Positions 34,885-47,100 of a DNA stretch of 64,000 bases are shown here, in pieces. Location: NCBI GenBank assembly GCA_030691865.1, contig JAUYDL010000018.1, forward strand, positions 9,518 through 73,517. Reading direction: 5' to 3'. The notes beneath the pieces are model-generated. The model saw only the letters and a list, made by a program, of their open reading frames with translations. It ran no database searches and was not told where the DNA came from. The number at the start of each line of letters is the position of its first letter. Position 1 is the stretch's first letter. The DNA comes from Candidatus Omnitrophota bacterium (GTDB lineage: Bacteria > Omnitrophota > Gorgyraeia > Gygaellales > Profunditerraquicolaceae). The position numbers were made by a program, and so were the translations under genes.

Positions 34885-36180
34885 ATGATGAAGAAGATTT
34901 CAACTATAATGCTAGCGTTATTTTTTTGTTTGCTATTCTTCTATGCCAGTCTTTTTGCGCTCCGGCAAGTTAATAAGCCCGTAAAACCTCATCCGGATTC
35001 TAAATGCGCTAGGATAGTCGTTTGCTCTAAAGTCCTTGAAGCCTTGGGCAGGATCGGCGACCCCCGCATGAAAGACGTGCTGATCAGCGGTTTTAAAAAC
35101 AAAGAGTTCCTCATACGTGCCTCAGCGGCGGAAGCCTTAAGCAGGCTCAGCGACAAGAAAACCATCCCTCTGTTAAAAGAGTCTATAGAAGATGAAAACT
35201 ACATGATAAGAATCCTGGTTACTAAGGCCCTGCTTAATTTAGGCGAACCAGATATGGAAAATAAGCTGCTTGATTTTTTAAACAGCAATAAGGCGTCGGT
35301 AAGGGCAGCTGTCGTGGAACAATTGGGACAGTTCAAAGATAAGTATTTACCCAGGCTTGCGCAAGTCCTCTCGAATGATAATAGTGATCTCGTAAGATTG
35401 AGGGCCATCCAGCAATTAGGTATTAACAGATTCAATCCAGCTATTCCTCTGATAGAAGAGGCTTTAAAGGACCCTAATCCCCAGATACGTCAAGTTGCTT
35501 GTATTGCCATGGGTCAGATTGGAGATAACAAGACGTTCCCTTTTGTTATTGAGAGGTTAAGTGATAAGGAGGCTATTGTCCGTGCCGCAGCAAAAGAAGG
35601 CGTGACTATGTTTAAACCAGAGAAAAAAGAATTAGCCAGGGTTAGCGTTGACAAGGGAGAGAAGGAGAATGGGCTTCTTATTTTGCTTAGAAAGGACCTG
35701 GACAATAAGGATTCCATATTAAGGGTGAGTTCTTTTGTAGGCTTGGCCAATCTTAAAGATGTAACAATACTCCCCCTGCTTTTAAAGGAAGTGGTTTTTC
35801 CGGGAAATACTACTTTTGTTAAAAAGGGTGCTGCCAGGGCCTTGCGTATATTGAAGCCTCATGTTGTTTGCTTACTCGACGAGTTGGCAAAGTCTAATAT
35901 TATCTCTTCGCAAAATCTGGAATTAAACTATAAAGCTGATGGCAAGAACCTGCTTTCGCTGATCATCAATGCCTTGGAAGATGGCGCCAATCCCCTGCAT
36001 TCTGACTCCGTGTTTATTCTCGGAGAATTAAAGGATGAAGCGAGCCTCCCTGCATTACGTCGGGCACTCTCTCAGGAAGATCCCGATATTGTGGCTAATG
36101 CAGCCTATGTATTAGGCCTGTTTCAGGATAAAGAAGCAGTCCCCTACCTTATTAATGTTTGTAATAGTTACGGGTTGTAA
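34885..36180 (+). CDS. secreted HEAT/PBS-lyase-repeat protein
   Basis: 431 aa. An N-terminal signal/TM segment is followed by multiple HEAT-like repeats (VRASAAEALSRLSDKKTIPLL, VRAAVVEQLGQ, etc.). Confidence 0.6.
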   Translation: MMKKISTIMLALFFCLLFFYASLFALRQVNKPVKPHPDSKCARIVVCSKVLEALGRIGDPRMKDVLISGFKNKEFLIRASAAEALSRLSDKKTIPLLKESIEDENYMIRILVTKALLNLGEPDMENKLLDFLNSNKASVRAAVVEQLGQFKDKYLPRLAQVLSNDNSDLVRLRAIQQLGINRFNPAIPLIEEALKDPNPQIRQVACIAMGQIGDNKTFPFVIERLSDKEAIVRAAAKEGVTMFKPEKKELARVSVDKGEKENGLLILLRKDLDNKDSILRVSSFVGLANLKDVTILPLLLKEVVFPGNTTFVKKGAARALRILKPHVVCLLDELAKSNIISSQNLELNYKADGKNLLSLIINALEDGANPLHSDSVFILGELKDEASLPALRRALSQEDPDIVANAAYVLGLFQDKEAVPYLINVCNSYGL

Positions 36181-38159
36181 TGTCTTCGCAGAATTTTAAA
36201 TTAAAGACCAGGCTAAGGCCTGCCGGCGATCAGCCTAAAGCAATACAAGAACTCTCTGAATCCATCCTGGCTAAGCAACGCTATTCTACGCTTCTAGGGG
36301 TTACCGGCAGCGGTAAAACCTTCACCCTGGCCAATGTCATCGCCAAAGTAAACTTACCGACGCTGGTAATCTCGCACAATAAGACTTTAGCTGCCCAGCT
36401 TTATTCTGAATTTAAAGAATTTTTTCCGCATAATGCGGTTGAATATTTCGTAAGTTATTACGATTACTACCAACCGGAAGCCTACATTCCCTCTACGGAT
36501 ACTTATATAGAAAAAGATTCCTCGATCAATGAACGCCTGGACCGTTTGCGGCTTTCTGCGACTACCTCCTTAATCAGCCGGCCGGATGTAATTGTCGTGG
36601 CTTCAGTTTCCTGCATTTATAATTTAGGCTCTGTGCAGGATTACAAAGAAATGCTGGTTATCTTAAATAAGAACACTTCCATTCAGCGGGATGAATTAAT
36701 CGCTAAACTTATCCAGATTCAATATGAGCGTAATGACTATGAATTTAAGCGCGGAAAAATCAGGGTGCGCGGAGATGTAGTTGAAATATTCCCATCTTAC
36801 AGCCAACAGGCGCTGCGCCTGGAATTAACCCAAGACAAAATATCCCAAATTTCAGTAATCGACCCAGTATCGGCAAAAATAATTAACCGGATCGATAAAG
36901 TAGCTATTTATCCGGCCAAGCATTTTATCGCCTCAGGCGAAAGAATCCAGGCAGCGATAGGCTCGATAAAAGAAGAATTGGCTGTCCAGTTAAAAGAATT
37001 ACGGGAAAAAAATAAATTATTGCAGGCAGAGCGCCTCGAGTCGCGCACAAATTATGATTTGGAGATGCTCAAAGAAATCGGATATTGTCATGGGATAGAA
37101 AATTATTCTCGCCATTTGAATGGTTCTGCGGCAGGATCCCGGCCATCGGCAATGATTGACTATTTCCAGGGAGATTTTTTGACGATTATTGACGAATCAC
37201 ATGCGACTATACCGCAAATCAGGGGGATGTATGCCGGTGACCGGGCCAGAAAAGAAACGCTAGTAGATTACGGATTCAGGCTTCCTTCATGCCTGGATAA
37301 CCGTCCGCTAAAATTTAATGAATTTAACCGCTTGGTAAAACAATTAGTCTTTGTTTCCGCTACACCGGATGAATATGAATTAACCTTAAGCGCCAATAAG
37401 GTTACTGAGCAGATTATCCGCCCTACCGGGTTAATTGATCCACAGATTATTGTTAAACCCACAGCAGGCCAAATCGAGGATTTGATTCTACAGATAAAGC
37501 AGCGTGCGAAAAATAATCAACGAGTCCTGGTAACCACACTGACCAAGAGCTCCTCCGAAGACCTGGCCAATTATCTTACGGAACAGGGGATAAGAGTAAA
37601 ATATTTACACTCTGAAATACAAACTATCCAGCGATCGGTGATACTTAAAGAACTGCGCGAAAAAAAATTTGACTGCCTGGTAGGAATTAATCTTCTTCGT
37701 GAAGGCCTGGATTTACCGGAAGTTTCATTAGTGGCAATCCTGGATGCTGACAAAGAAGGGTTTCTGCGCAGCAGCACTGCGCTTATTCAGGTCGGTGGCC
37801 GCGCTGCGCGCAACTTAAACGGTACAGTAATTATGTATGCTGATACCATCACCAAATCCATGAAAAAAGCAATTAACGAAAGCCAACGCCGCAGAATTAT
37901 TCAAATGGAATTTAACCGCAAAAATAAAATTACCCCTCGTTCTATTCGTACAGCAATCAAAAGAGGTATCCAAGACTCAAACCAGGCTCAGGAGTTTGTG
38001 CAGGCACTAACCGGAGAACCAATCGAGCAATACCAGTTGCATAAATATATTACTGAGTTAGAATATGAAATGGAGTTGGCGGCCCGAAACTTACAATTTG
38101 AAAAAGCCGCCGGTTTAAGGGATAAAGCCAGGGAGTTACGCAATGCTATTAACCATTGA
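36180..38159 (+). CDS. uvrB: excinuclease ABC subunit B
   Basis: 659 aa. Helicase motifs (GVTGSGKT, DESH), the beta-hairpin region and the C-terminal UvrB/UvrC interaction domain are present. Confidence 0.95.
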   Translation: MSSQNFKLKTRLRPAGDQPKAIQELSESILAKQRYSTLLGVTGSGKTFTLANVIAKVNLPTLVISHNKTLAAQLYSEFKEFFPHNAVEYFVSYYDYYQPEAYIPSTDTYIEKDSSINERLDRLRLSATTSLISRPDVIVVASVSCIYNLGSVQDYKEMLVILNKNTSIQRDELIAKLIQIQYERNDYEFKRGKIRVRGDVVEIFPSYSQQALRLELTQDKISQISVIDPVSAKIINRIDKVAIYPAKHFIASGERIQAAIGSIKEELAVQLKELREKNKLLQAERLESRTNYDLEMLKEIGYCHGIENYSRHLNGSAAGSRPSAMIDYFQGDFLTIIDESHATIPQIRGMYAGDRARKETLVDYGFRLPSCLDNRPLKFNEFNRLVKQLVFVSATPDEYELTLSANKVTEQIIRPTGLIDPQIIVKPTAGQIEDLILQIKQRAKNNQRVLVTTLTKSSSEDLANYLTEQGIRVKYLHSEIQTIQRSVILKELREKKFDCLVGINLLREGLDLPEVSLVAILDADKEGFLRSSTALIQVGGRAARNLNGTVIMYADTITKSMKKAINESQRRRIIQMEFNRKNKITPRSIRTAIKRGIQDSNQAQEFVQALTGEPIEQYQLHKYITELEYEMELAARNLQFEKAAGLRDKARELRNAINH

Positions 38160-38895
38160 TATCGGCAATACTAATATATCCGGCGGGATCTTCGTCGGGG
38201 AAAAACTAAAACACCGGTTCGATATTGCAACTAAAACCTATAAAAAAGCGGAGTTGGCAAAAAAAATAAGAGCTTATCCTGAAATATCCGCCAGTATTAT
38301 CTGCAGCGTTGTCCCTAAGCTGGCCCGGATTATTCAGCGCAACTTAAAGTTCTTAACCGGCAGAAACCCCTATATAATAGGTAAAGACTTAATTGTCCCC
38401 ATAGAAAATCGTTACCGTATACCCAAACAAGTTGGCCAAGACCGGCTGGTAAATGCTTATGCTGCCAGCAGCCTTTACACTGGCCCACTGATTGTTATAG
38501 ATTCCGGCACTGCCATTACCTTTGATGTAATTTCTAAAGACAAAGCATACTTAGGAGGTTTAATTTTTCCGGGAATGAATATTTCTCTGGAGGCCTTAAA
38601 AGAAAAAACCGCGTTATTACCTCAAGTAAAATTACAACCACCCCAAATGCTTATTGGACGGGATACCAAAAATAGCATATTAAGCGGAGTTGTTTACGGT
38701 TTTGCTGCGCTAAACGATGGTTTGGTGATAAGGATAAAAAACAAAATCTGCAAAGAAGCAAAAGTTATCGGAACAGGTGGTAATATTGATTTAATTAGAA
38801 AATATTGCAGGCAGATTAATAAAATAGATAAAGATTTAACCCTTAAGGGATTGAATTTTATTTATAATAACATACCTAATATAAAAAGAGGGTAG
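38143..38895 (+). CDS. coaX: type III pantothenate kinase
   Basis: 250 aa. The N-terminus MLLTIDIGNTNISGG and the ASKHA fold are characteristic of CoaX. Confidence 0.85.
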   Translation: MLLTIDIGNTNISGGIFVGEKLKHRFDIATKTYKKAELAKKIRAYPEISASIICSVVPKLARIIQRNLKFLTGRNPYIIGKDLIVPIENRYRIPKQVGQDRLVNAYAASSLYTGPLIVIDSGTAITFDVISKDKAYLGGLIFPGMNISLEALKEKTALLPQVKLQPPQMLIGRDTKNSILSGVVYGFAALNDGLVIRIKNKICKEAKVIGTGGNIDLIRKYCRQINKIDKDLTLKGLNFIYNNIPNIKRG

Positions 38896-39032
38896 CTACG
38901 GGTATATATTTTATCTACTTGTCCAGGAGCAAGAACGAAAAACTAGTGAAGTGGGGTAAGCATAAGAGAGCCCTTGCACGGCAAAAATTTTGTAGTAGCG
39001 CGCAGGCAAAACCCATAAAATAAAAAAACTCT

Positions 39033-39060
39033 TGACAAGAATTTTTTTTTATCTATAATT
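39033..39060 (+). promoter_or_regulatory. sigma-A-type promoter of groESL (TTGACA-N16-TATAAT)
   Basis: TTGACA at 39033-39038, a 16-nt T-rich spacer and TATAAT at 39055-39060. Confidence 0.7.
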
Positions 39061-39086
39061 AGCACTCTAGGAAAAAGAGTGCTAAA
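39060..39086 (+). promoter_or_regulatory. CIRCE operator (HrcA binding site), perfect consensus TTAGCACTC-N9-GAGTGCTAA
   Basis: TTAGCACTC TAGGAAAAA GAGTGCTAA was read directly. It overlaps the -10 and transcription start of groES. Confidence 0.9.
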
Positions 39087-39116
39087 ATAAGGTTCTCAAT
39101 TTAAGGAGGTGACAAG

Positions 39117-39407
39117 ATGGAGATTAAACCATTGGGTGATCGCATCGTCGTAAAACCTTTAGAGGCAGAGAAGAAAAGTAAGGGCGGTATTGTCCTGCCG
39201 GATTCTGCCAAGGAAAAACCGCAAGAGGCCAAAGTGGTTGCTGTAGGCAAAGGCAAGGTATTAGAAAGTGGTGCTGTGCAGACCCCTGAAGTAAAAGTTG
39301 GTGACAAGGTGATATTCGGAAAATATTCCGGTAATGAGTTTATTACCAAGGAAGGCGAAGAGTTGCTTATTTTGCGCGAGGAAGATATTTTAGCAATTAT
39401 CAAATAA
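39117..39407 (+). CDS. groES: co-chaperonin GroES
   Basis: 96 aa, beginning [44 protein letters not shown]. Confidence 0.95.
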   Translation: MEIKPLGDRIVVKPLEAEKKSKGGIVLPDSAKEKPQEAKVVAVGKGKVLESGAVQTPEVKVGDKVIFGKYSGNEFITKEGEELLILREEDILAIIK

Positions 39408-39431
39408 TTAAGAAGAGCCCAGGGATGAGGA

Positions 39432-39456
39432 TCCTGACTCGCTGCGCTCGTCAGGA
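39432..39456 (+). promoter_or_regulatory. intercistronic stem-loop between groES and groEL (TCCTGAC-N11-GTCAGGA followed by CUUUUCUU)
   Basis: A 7-bp stem read directly. It is probably an mRNA processing/stability or partial attenuator hairpin. Confidence 0.4.
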
Positions 39457-39487
39457 CTTTTCTTGATAAAACATTAAGGAGGGATTT

Positions 39488-41128
39488 ATGGCAAAGCAAT
39501 TATTGTACAGCGATGATGCCCGTCGTAAGATTTTAAGGGGCGTGGAACAGCTGACCGCTGCAGTAAAAATAACTTTAGGCCCTAAGGGACGTAACGTAGT
39601 AATTGACAAAAAATTTGGTTCCCCAACTATAACCAAAGACGGCGTAACTGTGGCTAAAGAAATTGATTTAGAGGATGCTTTTGAAAATATGGGCGCACAG
39701 ATGGTCAAAGAAGTTGCCGAAAAAACCTCTGATATAGCCGGTGACGGAACCACTACCGCCACTATTTTAGCAGAAGCAATTTATCGTGAAGGATTAAAGA
39801 ATGTCACTGCCGGTTCTAACCCCATGGAACTAAAACGCGGTATTGAAAAGGCGGTAATAAAGGTAGTGGAAGAACTGGAAAAACTCTCCACTCCTATAAA
39901 AGATAAAAAGGAAATAGCTCAGGTTGCCTCCATCGCCGCTAATTCTGATACTGCTATCGGTGAATTAATTGCCGAAGCAATGGATAAAGTAGGTAAGGAC
40001 GGCGTAATTACCGTTGAAGAAGCTAAATCTACTGCTACTACTTTGGACATTGTGGAGGGTATGCAGTTTGATCAGGGCTATTTATCGCCCTATTTTGTAA
40101 CCGATGCCGAGAGAATGGAAGTGCTCCTGGAAGATGCTTACATTCTTATTTATGAGAAAAAAATATCTTCGATTAAAGATATCCTGCCTTTATTGGAGAA
40201 AATTGCCCGTGTAGGCAAGCCGCTTTTGATCGTTGCTGAAGAAGTTGACGGGGAAGCTTTAGCCACTTTAGTGGTTAACAAGATTCGGGGTACTTTTGTT
40301 GCCTGCGCGGTAAAAGCTCCGGGCTATGGTGATAGACGTAAAGCTATGCTTGAAGATATCGCTATTTTAACCGGTGGTAAAGCCTTGACTGAAGATTTAG
40401 GTATCAAGCTGGAAAATATCGATATTGAAGACTTGGGACGCGCGAAAAAAATAAAAATCGATAAAGAGAATACGACCATTGTTGAAGGTGCGGGCAAGAA
40501 TGCAGCGATCAATGCTAGAATCAGCCAGTTAAAGAAACAAATCGAAGATACCGATTCAGATTATGACAAAGAGAAGCTGCAGGAACGCCTGGCAAAGCTT
40601 GCCGGTGGAGTTGCAGTAATCAACGTAGGCGCAGCCACAGAAACAGAGATGAAGGAAAAGAAGGCTCGCGTTGAAGATGCCTTGCATGCAACTCGCGCAG
40701 CTACCCAGGAAGGTATTGTTCCCGGAGGCGGCGTAGCGTTTATTCGCACCATTGCGGCTTTAGATAAACTAAAGCTGGAAGGTGATGAGAAGGTTGGCGC
40801 TGATATTGTAAAACGCGCTATTGAGGAACCTCTAAGACAGATTGCGCAAAACGCCGGCCTGGAAGGCTCAGTGGTGGTGCAAAAAATCAAACAGGAAAAA
40901 ACCAATATCGGTTATGATGTTAACCAGGATGCTTATGTGGATATGATTGAAGCTGGCGTAATCGATCCTACAAAAGTAACGCGTTCAGCTTTACAGAATG
41001 CTGCTAGTATTGCTGCCTTGTTACTTACCACCGAGGCTTTGATTGTGGACAAGCCGGAAAAGGATGAAAAAATGCCTGGAATGCCTGGTGGCGGAATGGG
41101 AGGCATGGGTGGTGGAGGAATGTATTAA
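39488..41128 (+). CDS. groL: chaperonin GroEL
   Basis: 546 aa. The N-terminus [18 protein letters not shown] is typical, and the C-terminus has the GGM repeat tail. Confidence 0.97.
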   Translation: MAKQLLYSDDARRKILRGVEQLTAAVKITLGPKGRNVVIDKKFGSPTITKDGVTVAKEIDLEDAFENMGAQMVKEVAEKTSDIAGDGTTTATILAEAIYREGLKNVTAGSNPMELKRGIEKAVIKVVEELEKLSTPIKDKKEIAQVASIAANSDTAIGELIAEAMDKVGKDGVITVEEAKSTATTLDIVEGMQFDQGYLSPYFVTDAERMEVLLEDAYILIYEKKISSIKDILPLLEKIARVGKPLLIVAEEVDGEALATLVVNKIRGTFVACAVKAPGYGDRRKAMLEDIAILTGGKALTEDLGIKLENIDIEDLGRAKKIKIDKENTTIVEGAGKNAAINARISQLKKQIEDTDSDYDKEKLQERLAKLAGGVAVINVGAATETEMKEKKARVEDALHATRAATQEGIVPGGGVAFIRTIAALDKLKLEGDEKVGADIVKRAIEEPLRQIAQNAGLEGSVVVQKIKQEKTNIGYDVNQDAYVDMIEAGVIDPTKVTRSALQNAASIAALLLTTEALIVDKPEKDEKMPGMPGGGMGGMGGGGMY

Positions 41129-41170
41129 AAAACAATAGAAGTTAGAATAAAGGGGACGGTTCTATTTTTC

Positions 41171-41234
41171 TTGAGTTAAACTGTAGAAAAATAGAACCGT
41201 CCCCGTGTTTTTTTAAATATATATATTGACAAAT
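41171..41234 (+). terminator. Rho-independent terminator of groESL formed by the canonical GGGGACGGTTCTATTTTTC / GAAAAATAGAACCGTCCCC hairpin plus a T8 tract
   Basis: 19-bp perfect arms at 41171-41189 and 41206-41224 are followed by GTGTTTTTTT. Confidence 0.8.
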
Positions 41235-41244
41235 AACTCTGTTT

Positions 41245-41273
41245 AATATAAAATTATTAATCTTGTCAGCAAC
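41245..41273 (+). promoter_or_regulatory. putative promoter for the guaB-like/guaA unit (TTGACA-N17-TAAAAT)
   Basis: TTGACA at 41245-41250 and a -10-like TAAAAT at 41268-41273. Confidence 0.35.
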
Positions 41274-41347
41274 GTTCCCAAATGAGGCTAAATATTCATA
41301 ACTTATTGCAAAACAACGGGTTAATATCATAATAAGGAGAATTTAAG

Positions 41348-42508
41348 ATGGCAGAGTGGATAGGTATAAACAGACGCGCAAGAAGATGTTATGGTTTTGA
41401 TGAGGTGGCCTTAGTTCCCGGGTCCCAAACTGTAAATCCTAATGAAGTTGACATCCGCTTTAAATTCAACGGAAAGAACTTTAAAATACCCATTCTTGCC
41501 GCAGCGATGGATGGAGTGGTAGATGTAAAGTTTGCCATTGAAATGTCGCGTTTAGGCGGGATTGCGGTTTTAAACCTTGATGGTATACAGACCCGTTATG
41601 AAAATCCGGATGCGGTGCTTGAAAAGATCTCCAAAGCTACTCCCCAAAAAGCTACGGAATTAATCCAAACGATTTATACCACACCGATCAAAGAAAAACT
41701 GGTCACCAAAAGAGTCGCAGAAATTAAAAAAGCCAGGGCCATGGCTGTGGTCAGCTGTATCCCGGCTAATGCCGAAAGATTTTCGAAATTAGCCATTGCT
41801 GCCGGGGTAGATATTTTTGTCATCCAGTCCACCGTGGCCACACTTAAGCATCTCTCTAAGGAATATAAAACATTAGATCTAGTCAAGTTTTGTAAGTCCA
41901 TAAAAATTCCGGTTATCCTGGGAAATTGCGTAACTTATGAAACAACCCTGGAGCTTATGGGAACCGGGGCCAGCGGCTTACTCATCGGCGTTGGGCCGGG
42001 TGCCGCCTGCACTACGCGCGGCGTATTAGGTATCGGAGTTCCCCAGGTTACCGCGACCGTGGATGCCGCAGGAGCACGTGATTTTTATTTTAAACGCACA
42101 GGAAAATATGTTTCAATTATTACTGACGGCGGAATGAACCGCGGCGGAGATATTTGTAAGGCCTTTGCTTGCGGAGCAGATGCCGTAATGATCGGCTCAA
42201 GTTTTGCCCGCGCCAAAGAAGCTCCCGGAAGAGGATTCCATTGGGGTATGGCTACTTCACATGTTAATCTGCCTCGCGGAACCCGTATTCAGGTGGGTAC
42301 TACCGGCGCATTAAAAGATATTTTATTTGGCCCGGCAAAAGTTGATGACGGCTCACAGAACCTCCTGGGTGCTTTAAAAACATCTATGGGTTCATTGGGA
42401 GCATCAAACTTGAAAGAAATGCATGATGTCGAAATAATTATCGCTCCTTCAATCCAAACTGAAGGCAAAATTTTCCAGGTAGGCCAAAGAGTAGGAATGG
42501 GGAAATAA
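41348..42508 (+). CDS. guaB: IMP dehydrogenase family protein lacking the CBS subdomain
   Basis: 386 aa. The IMPDH barrel has the catalytic-loop Cys in [20 protein letters not shown]. There is no CBS pair. It lies immediately upstream of guaA. Confidence 0.6.
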   Translation: MAEWIGINRRARRCYGFDEVALVPGSQTVNPNEVDIRFKFNGKNFKIPILAAAMDGVVDVKFAIEMSRLGGIAVLNLDGIQTRYENPDAVLEKISKATPQKATELIQTIYTTPIKEKLVTKRVAEIKKARAMAVVSCIPANAERFSKLAIAAGVDIFVIQSTVATLKHLSKEYKTLDLVKFCKSIKIPVILGNCVTYETTLELMGTGASGLLIGVGPGAACTTRGVLGIGVPQVTATVDAAGARDFYFKRTGKYVSIITDGGMNRGGDICKAFACGADAVMIGSSFARAKEAPGRGFHWGMATSHVNLPRGTRIQVGTTGALKDILFGPAKVDDGSQNLLGALKTSMGSLGASNLKEMHDVEIIIAPSIQTEGKIFQVGQRVGMGK

Positions 42509-42509
42509 A

Positions 42510-44099
42510 TTGAAGAAAAAATCCAGGTTAAAAAAACTACAGGAAAAGAATAACGGGGTAACTAGACAAACAATATTAATCTTGGATTTTGGTTCGCAAT
42601 ATACGCAACTAATCGCGCGCAGGGTAAGAGAAAATAAAGTTTTCTCAATAATTATTCCTTACAACACCCCGGCCAAAGAGATTGCCGCGTTAAATCCAAA
42701 AGGGATCATTCTTTCCGGCGGCCCGGCTTCAGTGGTCGATAAAAAATCACCCTATCCTGACATCGGCATCTTTAAATTAGGCGTACCGATACTGGGCATC
42801 TGTTACGGAATGCAGGTTATCTGTGAGCTTTTGGGGGGCAAGGTCAGGCACACCCGCGAGCGTGAATATGGAAAAGTAGAATTATTTATTGATGACAACA
42901 GTAATCTGTTTAGCCATCTGCCGGGTAATTTTACCTGCTGGGCTAGCCACGGAGATTATGTAACCAAAATGCCCTCCGGATTCCACACCATCGGACATAC
43001 CATCAATACCCCGATTGCGGCAATCTCTAACCAAAAAAGAAAAATATTTGCCGTTCAGTTTCATCCGGAAGTAACGCATACGGAAAAAGGCAACCAGATT
43101 TTAAGCAACTTTTTATTCAAAGCCTGCGGCGCCTCAAGCAAATGGACGATGCAGTCGTTTATTAAAGAATCGATTGCTAACATTAAAAAAACCATTGGCA
43201 AAGATAAGGTAGTTCTGGGTTTAAGCGGCGGGGTGGATTCTTCCGTAGCGGCTTTGTTAATTCATAAAGCCATCGGTAAAAATTTACGCTGTATTTTTAT
43301 CGATAACGGCTTGCTCAGGAAAGGCGAAGCCGAGCAGGTCAGGAGCGTTTTTAAGGAGATGTACCATCTTAATTTAAGCTATGTTGACAGAAGCAAAAGA
43401 TTTCTGGAGCGCTTAAAAGGAGTAATCGATCCGGAGGAAAAAAGAAAGATCATCGGAGATGAATTCATCAAGGTTTTTGAAGAAGAGGCTAAAAAAACCA
43501 AAGGAGCAAAGTTTTTAGGCCAAGGCACTCTTTATCCGGATGTGATTGAATCTGTTTCACCTACAGGCGGGCCAAGCAGGAAAATAAAAAGCCATCATAA
43601 TGTCGGAGGCCTGCCCGCACAGATGAAGCTAAAACTTATAGAGCCATTAAGGGAGTTATTTAAAGATGAGGTGCGTCAGATCGGCAGCCAGTTAGGATTG
43701 CCGGAGAATATCATTCAGCGCCAGCCGTTTCCCGGGCCGGGACTGGCGGTTAGAATTATCGGAGAAATTAATACCCAGCGCCTGGATCTTCTGCGCGAAG
43801 CGGATAAACGCGTGATAGAAGAAATTTCAAAAGCCGGGCTATATGATCAAATCTGGCAGTCTTTTGCCGTATTGCTTCCGATTAAAAGCGTAGGCATAAT
43901 GGGCGATGAGCGTACCTATGAAAATGTCGCAGCCCTGCGTTGTGTATCCAGTTTTGACGGCATGACCGCTGACTGGGTAAAGCTTCCCTATGAAGTCATG
44001 GAAAAGATCTCTAATCGCATCATCAACGAAGTAAGGGGGATCAACCGAGTTGTTTATGATATAAGCTCTAAGCCCCCGGCAACAATAGAGTGGGAATAA
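42510..44099 (+). CDS. guaA: GMP synthase (glutamine-hydrolysing)
   Basis: 529 aa. Class-I glutamine amidotransferase (Cys in GICYGMQ), the PP-loop SGGVDSS and the C-terminal dimerisation domain are present. Confidence 0.95.
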   Translation: MKKKSRLKKLQEKNNGVTRQTILILDFGSQYTQLIARRVRENKVFSIIIPYNTPAKEIAALNPKGIILSGGPASVVDKKSPYPDIGIFKLGVPILGICYGMQVICELLGGKVRHTREREYGKVELFIDDNSNLFSHLPGNFTCWASHGDYVTKMPSGFHTIGHTINTPIAAISNQKRKIFAVQFHPEVTHTEKGNQILSNFLFKACGASSKWTMQSFIKESIANIKKTIGKDKVVLGLSGGVDSSVAALLIHKAIGKNLRCIFIDNGLLRKGEAEQVRSVFKEMYHLNLSYVDRSKRFLERLKGVIDPEEKRKIIGDEFIKVFEEEAKKTKGAKFLGQGTLYPDVIESVSPTGGPSRKIKSHHNVGGLPAQMKLKLIEPLRELFKDEVRQIGSQLGLPENIIQRQPFPGPGLAVRIIGEINTQRLDLLREADKRVIEEISKAGLYDQIWQSFAVLLPIKSVGIMGDERTYENVAALRCVSSFDGMTADWVKLPYEVMEKISNRIINEVRGINRVVYDISSKPPATIEWE

Positions 44100-44106
44100 A
44101 CCTGCA

Positions 44107-47100
44107 ATGTCACACTCGGAATTCGTCCACCTGCATCTACATACTCAATACAGTCTTCTTGACGGAGCCTGCCGTATACCTGAGATACTCGCCATTGCCA
44201 AAAGTTTCAAAATGGATTCTCTGGCCATCACCGATCATGGCAGTATGTTCGGAGCAATTGAATTCTATTTAGAAGCGCAAAAAGCAGGAATCAAACCCAT
44301 CATTGGCTGCGAAGTTTATGTTGCCCCGCAAAGCCGCTTGGATAAAAAAAGCGGCTCCGGAATAGAAGATACCGCTAACCACTTAATCCTTTTAGCCCGC
44401 AATGAAGAGGGGTACCATAACTTAATGAAGCTGGTTTCCATCAGCTACCTGGAAGGATTCTATTACCGGCCGCGGATTGATAAAGAGGTTCTCGCCCAGT
44501 ATGCCGCAGGATTAATCGGCTCAAGCGCCTGCCTTAAAGGAGAAATTGCCTGTCTGATACTGCAAAAACGTTTTAATGACGCATTAAAAGCTGCCGACAC
44601 TTATCAGAACATATTGGGAAAGGGCAACTTCTATTTGGAAATCCAAGGCAACTCTATTCCCGAACAGAAAATAGTAAATGCAGGGATGATTAAGATCTCT
44701 GGCGAACTAGGCATTCCTTTAGTTGCCACTAACGACGTACATTATCCCACCAAAGACAGGGCCGCCGCCCATGAAGCATTGCTGTGCATTCAAACACAAA
44801 CTACCCTGGATGATCCTAAACACATGCGTTTTCAGACTGAAGAATTTTATTTTACCTCACCTGCAGAAATGAAGGAGCTGTTTAGCGAATGTCCGGAGGC
44901 TTTAAAAAATACCTTAGAGATTGCCGCACGCTGTAATCTGGAGCTAGATTTTACTCAGTTGCACTTACCTAAATATTCTCCTCCTGGGGGCAAAAACAAA
45001 GAAGAGTTTCTGCTGGAGTTGTGTGAAAAAGGGTTAACTGAGAAAAATCTTAGGGATAACCCTGAGGTGCAAAGCCGCCTGGATCATGAATTGAAAATTA
45101 TCCGGCATATGGGTTTTATCAGCTATTTTTTAATTGTCTGGGATTTTATTGCTTACGCTAAAAGCCAAACCATCCCCGTTGGACCGGGTAGAGGTTCTGC
45201 CGCAGGAAGCCTGGTAAGCTATCTTTTAGGAATTACCGACCTTGATCCGTTAAAATACGGATTGCTCTTTGAAAGATTCTTAAATCCTGAGCGCATGGGG
45301 CTGCCGGATATTGATATTGATTTCTGCTACGAACGCCGGCAAGAGGTGATCGATTATGTCACTAAGAAATACGGCCAGGAAAATGTTGCCCAAATTATTA
45401 CCTTCGGGACTATGCAAGCGCGCGCCGTAATCCGGGATGTCGGGCGGGTGATGGCTGTCCCCTATGCCGATGTCGACCGGATTGCCAAGATGATTCCCGC
45501 CGAACCTGATATTACCCTTAAAAAAGCCTTAGAGAGTGAGCCCGAACTAAACAACCTCTATAAGAATGACCCTGTAATTACCAAGCTGATTAATATCGCT
45601 CTATCCTTAGAAGGATTAAACCGCCATGCTTCGGTTCATGCTGCCGGAGTAATTATCGCGGATAAACCGTTAAATAATTATATGCCTGTGTTTAAAACTC
45701 AAGATGGTCAGATTACTACCGGCTATAGCATGGGGACACTAGAGAAAATTGGATTGCTCAAGGTTGACTTTCTTGGCCTAAGGACACTTACCGTAATTGA
45801 TGAAACTCTGAAATTAATTAAAAAAATCCGCGGCATTCAAATTGATATTGAAAAACTGCCGCTAGATGACCAAAATACTTATAAGCTATTAGCCTCAAGC
45901 CATACGATCGGGATCTTCCAGGTAGAAAGTTCAGGAATGCGCGATTTGCTTAAGAAGCTGGCCCCTGAACGTTTTGAAGATTTAATCGCGCTCCTGGCAT
46001 TGTACCGGCCCGGGCCAATTGGCTCCGGAATGCTGGATGACTTCATGAAACGTAAGCACGGAATCATTCCGATTAAATACGAACATCCTAAACTTGAGTC
46101 AATCCTTAAGGAAACTTATGGGATTATGGTTTATCAGGAGCAGATTATGCAGATTGCATCTGTTTTGGCAGGATTTTCACTTGCCCAGGCAGATATCTTA
46201 CGTAAGGCCATGGGTAAAAAAATCCCTGAAGTTATGGAAAAGGAACGCAAGAATTTCCTTAGCGGCTGCATCAAAAATGAGATCAAGGAAAGCACCGCCA
46301 GTAAGATATTTGATTTGATAGAATATTTTTCGGGGTACGGATTCAATAAATGTGTCATAGGCTCAACGAAAATTATAGATGCGGATACAGGCAATATGAT
46401 TACCATGAAAGAACTGTTCAGCAATGAAAAATCGGTAAAATCCACGTTAAGCTGCAATGATAACCTTAAAATTGTAAAAACCAAGATAAAAGACGTGGTC
46501 TATAACGGTATTAAACCAGTCTATAAATTGAAAACCGCTTTAGGAAGAGAAATTACCGCAACATCAAATCATCCTATGTTCACCCTTAAAGGATGGGAAA
46601 ATTTAGGGGATTTAACTACCGGTGAACGAATCGGCTTATGTAGAACTCTTCCAATAAAAACGAAATCAAGATTAGAAGAGTACAAAATAATTGTGTTGGC
46701 AGGCGTACTTTCAGAAGGCAACACTTGCCATCCAAGCGGTATTTATTTCTACAACAAAAATATAGCCCTCATAAATGATTTCGTAAAGAATATTGAGAAG
46801 TTTAAAAATACTATACCTACAATAAACGAAAGAAGAAGCTGTTTTGAGGTATATGCCGGGACAGGTAAAGATAACAAATTTTTAAAGGATTCTTCTCCTT
46901 GGAATAAAGGCTATGTTAAAGAAAGTTACTCGACAGCGCTTAAAGCAATGGCTAACAAAAAAAGCGGAGCAAGGCTATATATAGAGAGCTTGGGATTGGA
47001 TTATAAAAAAGCGACGGAAAAATTCATTCCGGAAGAGATTTTTTACTTAAATGACGCTCAGTTGGCGTTATTTATAGGAAGGCTTTGGTCAGGCGACGGC

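Noticed and set aside
38896-39030. Possible small RNA in the coaX-groES intergenic region (ggggtaagcataagagagcccttgcacggc)
   Set aside because: No convincing stem-loop or terminator could be drawn by eye. The region is adequately explained as the groES promoter-upstream spacer.
44090-44272. 60-aa ORF overlapping the dnaE start, and many 60-150-aa minus-strand ORFs inside large genes (for example 13953-14411, 22365-22970, 40561-40905)
   Set aside because: They are antisense or overlapping shadows inside well-supported genes (ftsH, gpsA, groEL, dnaE), with no SD or motif support.
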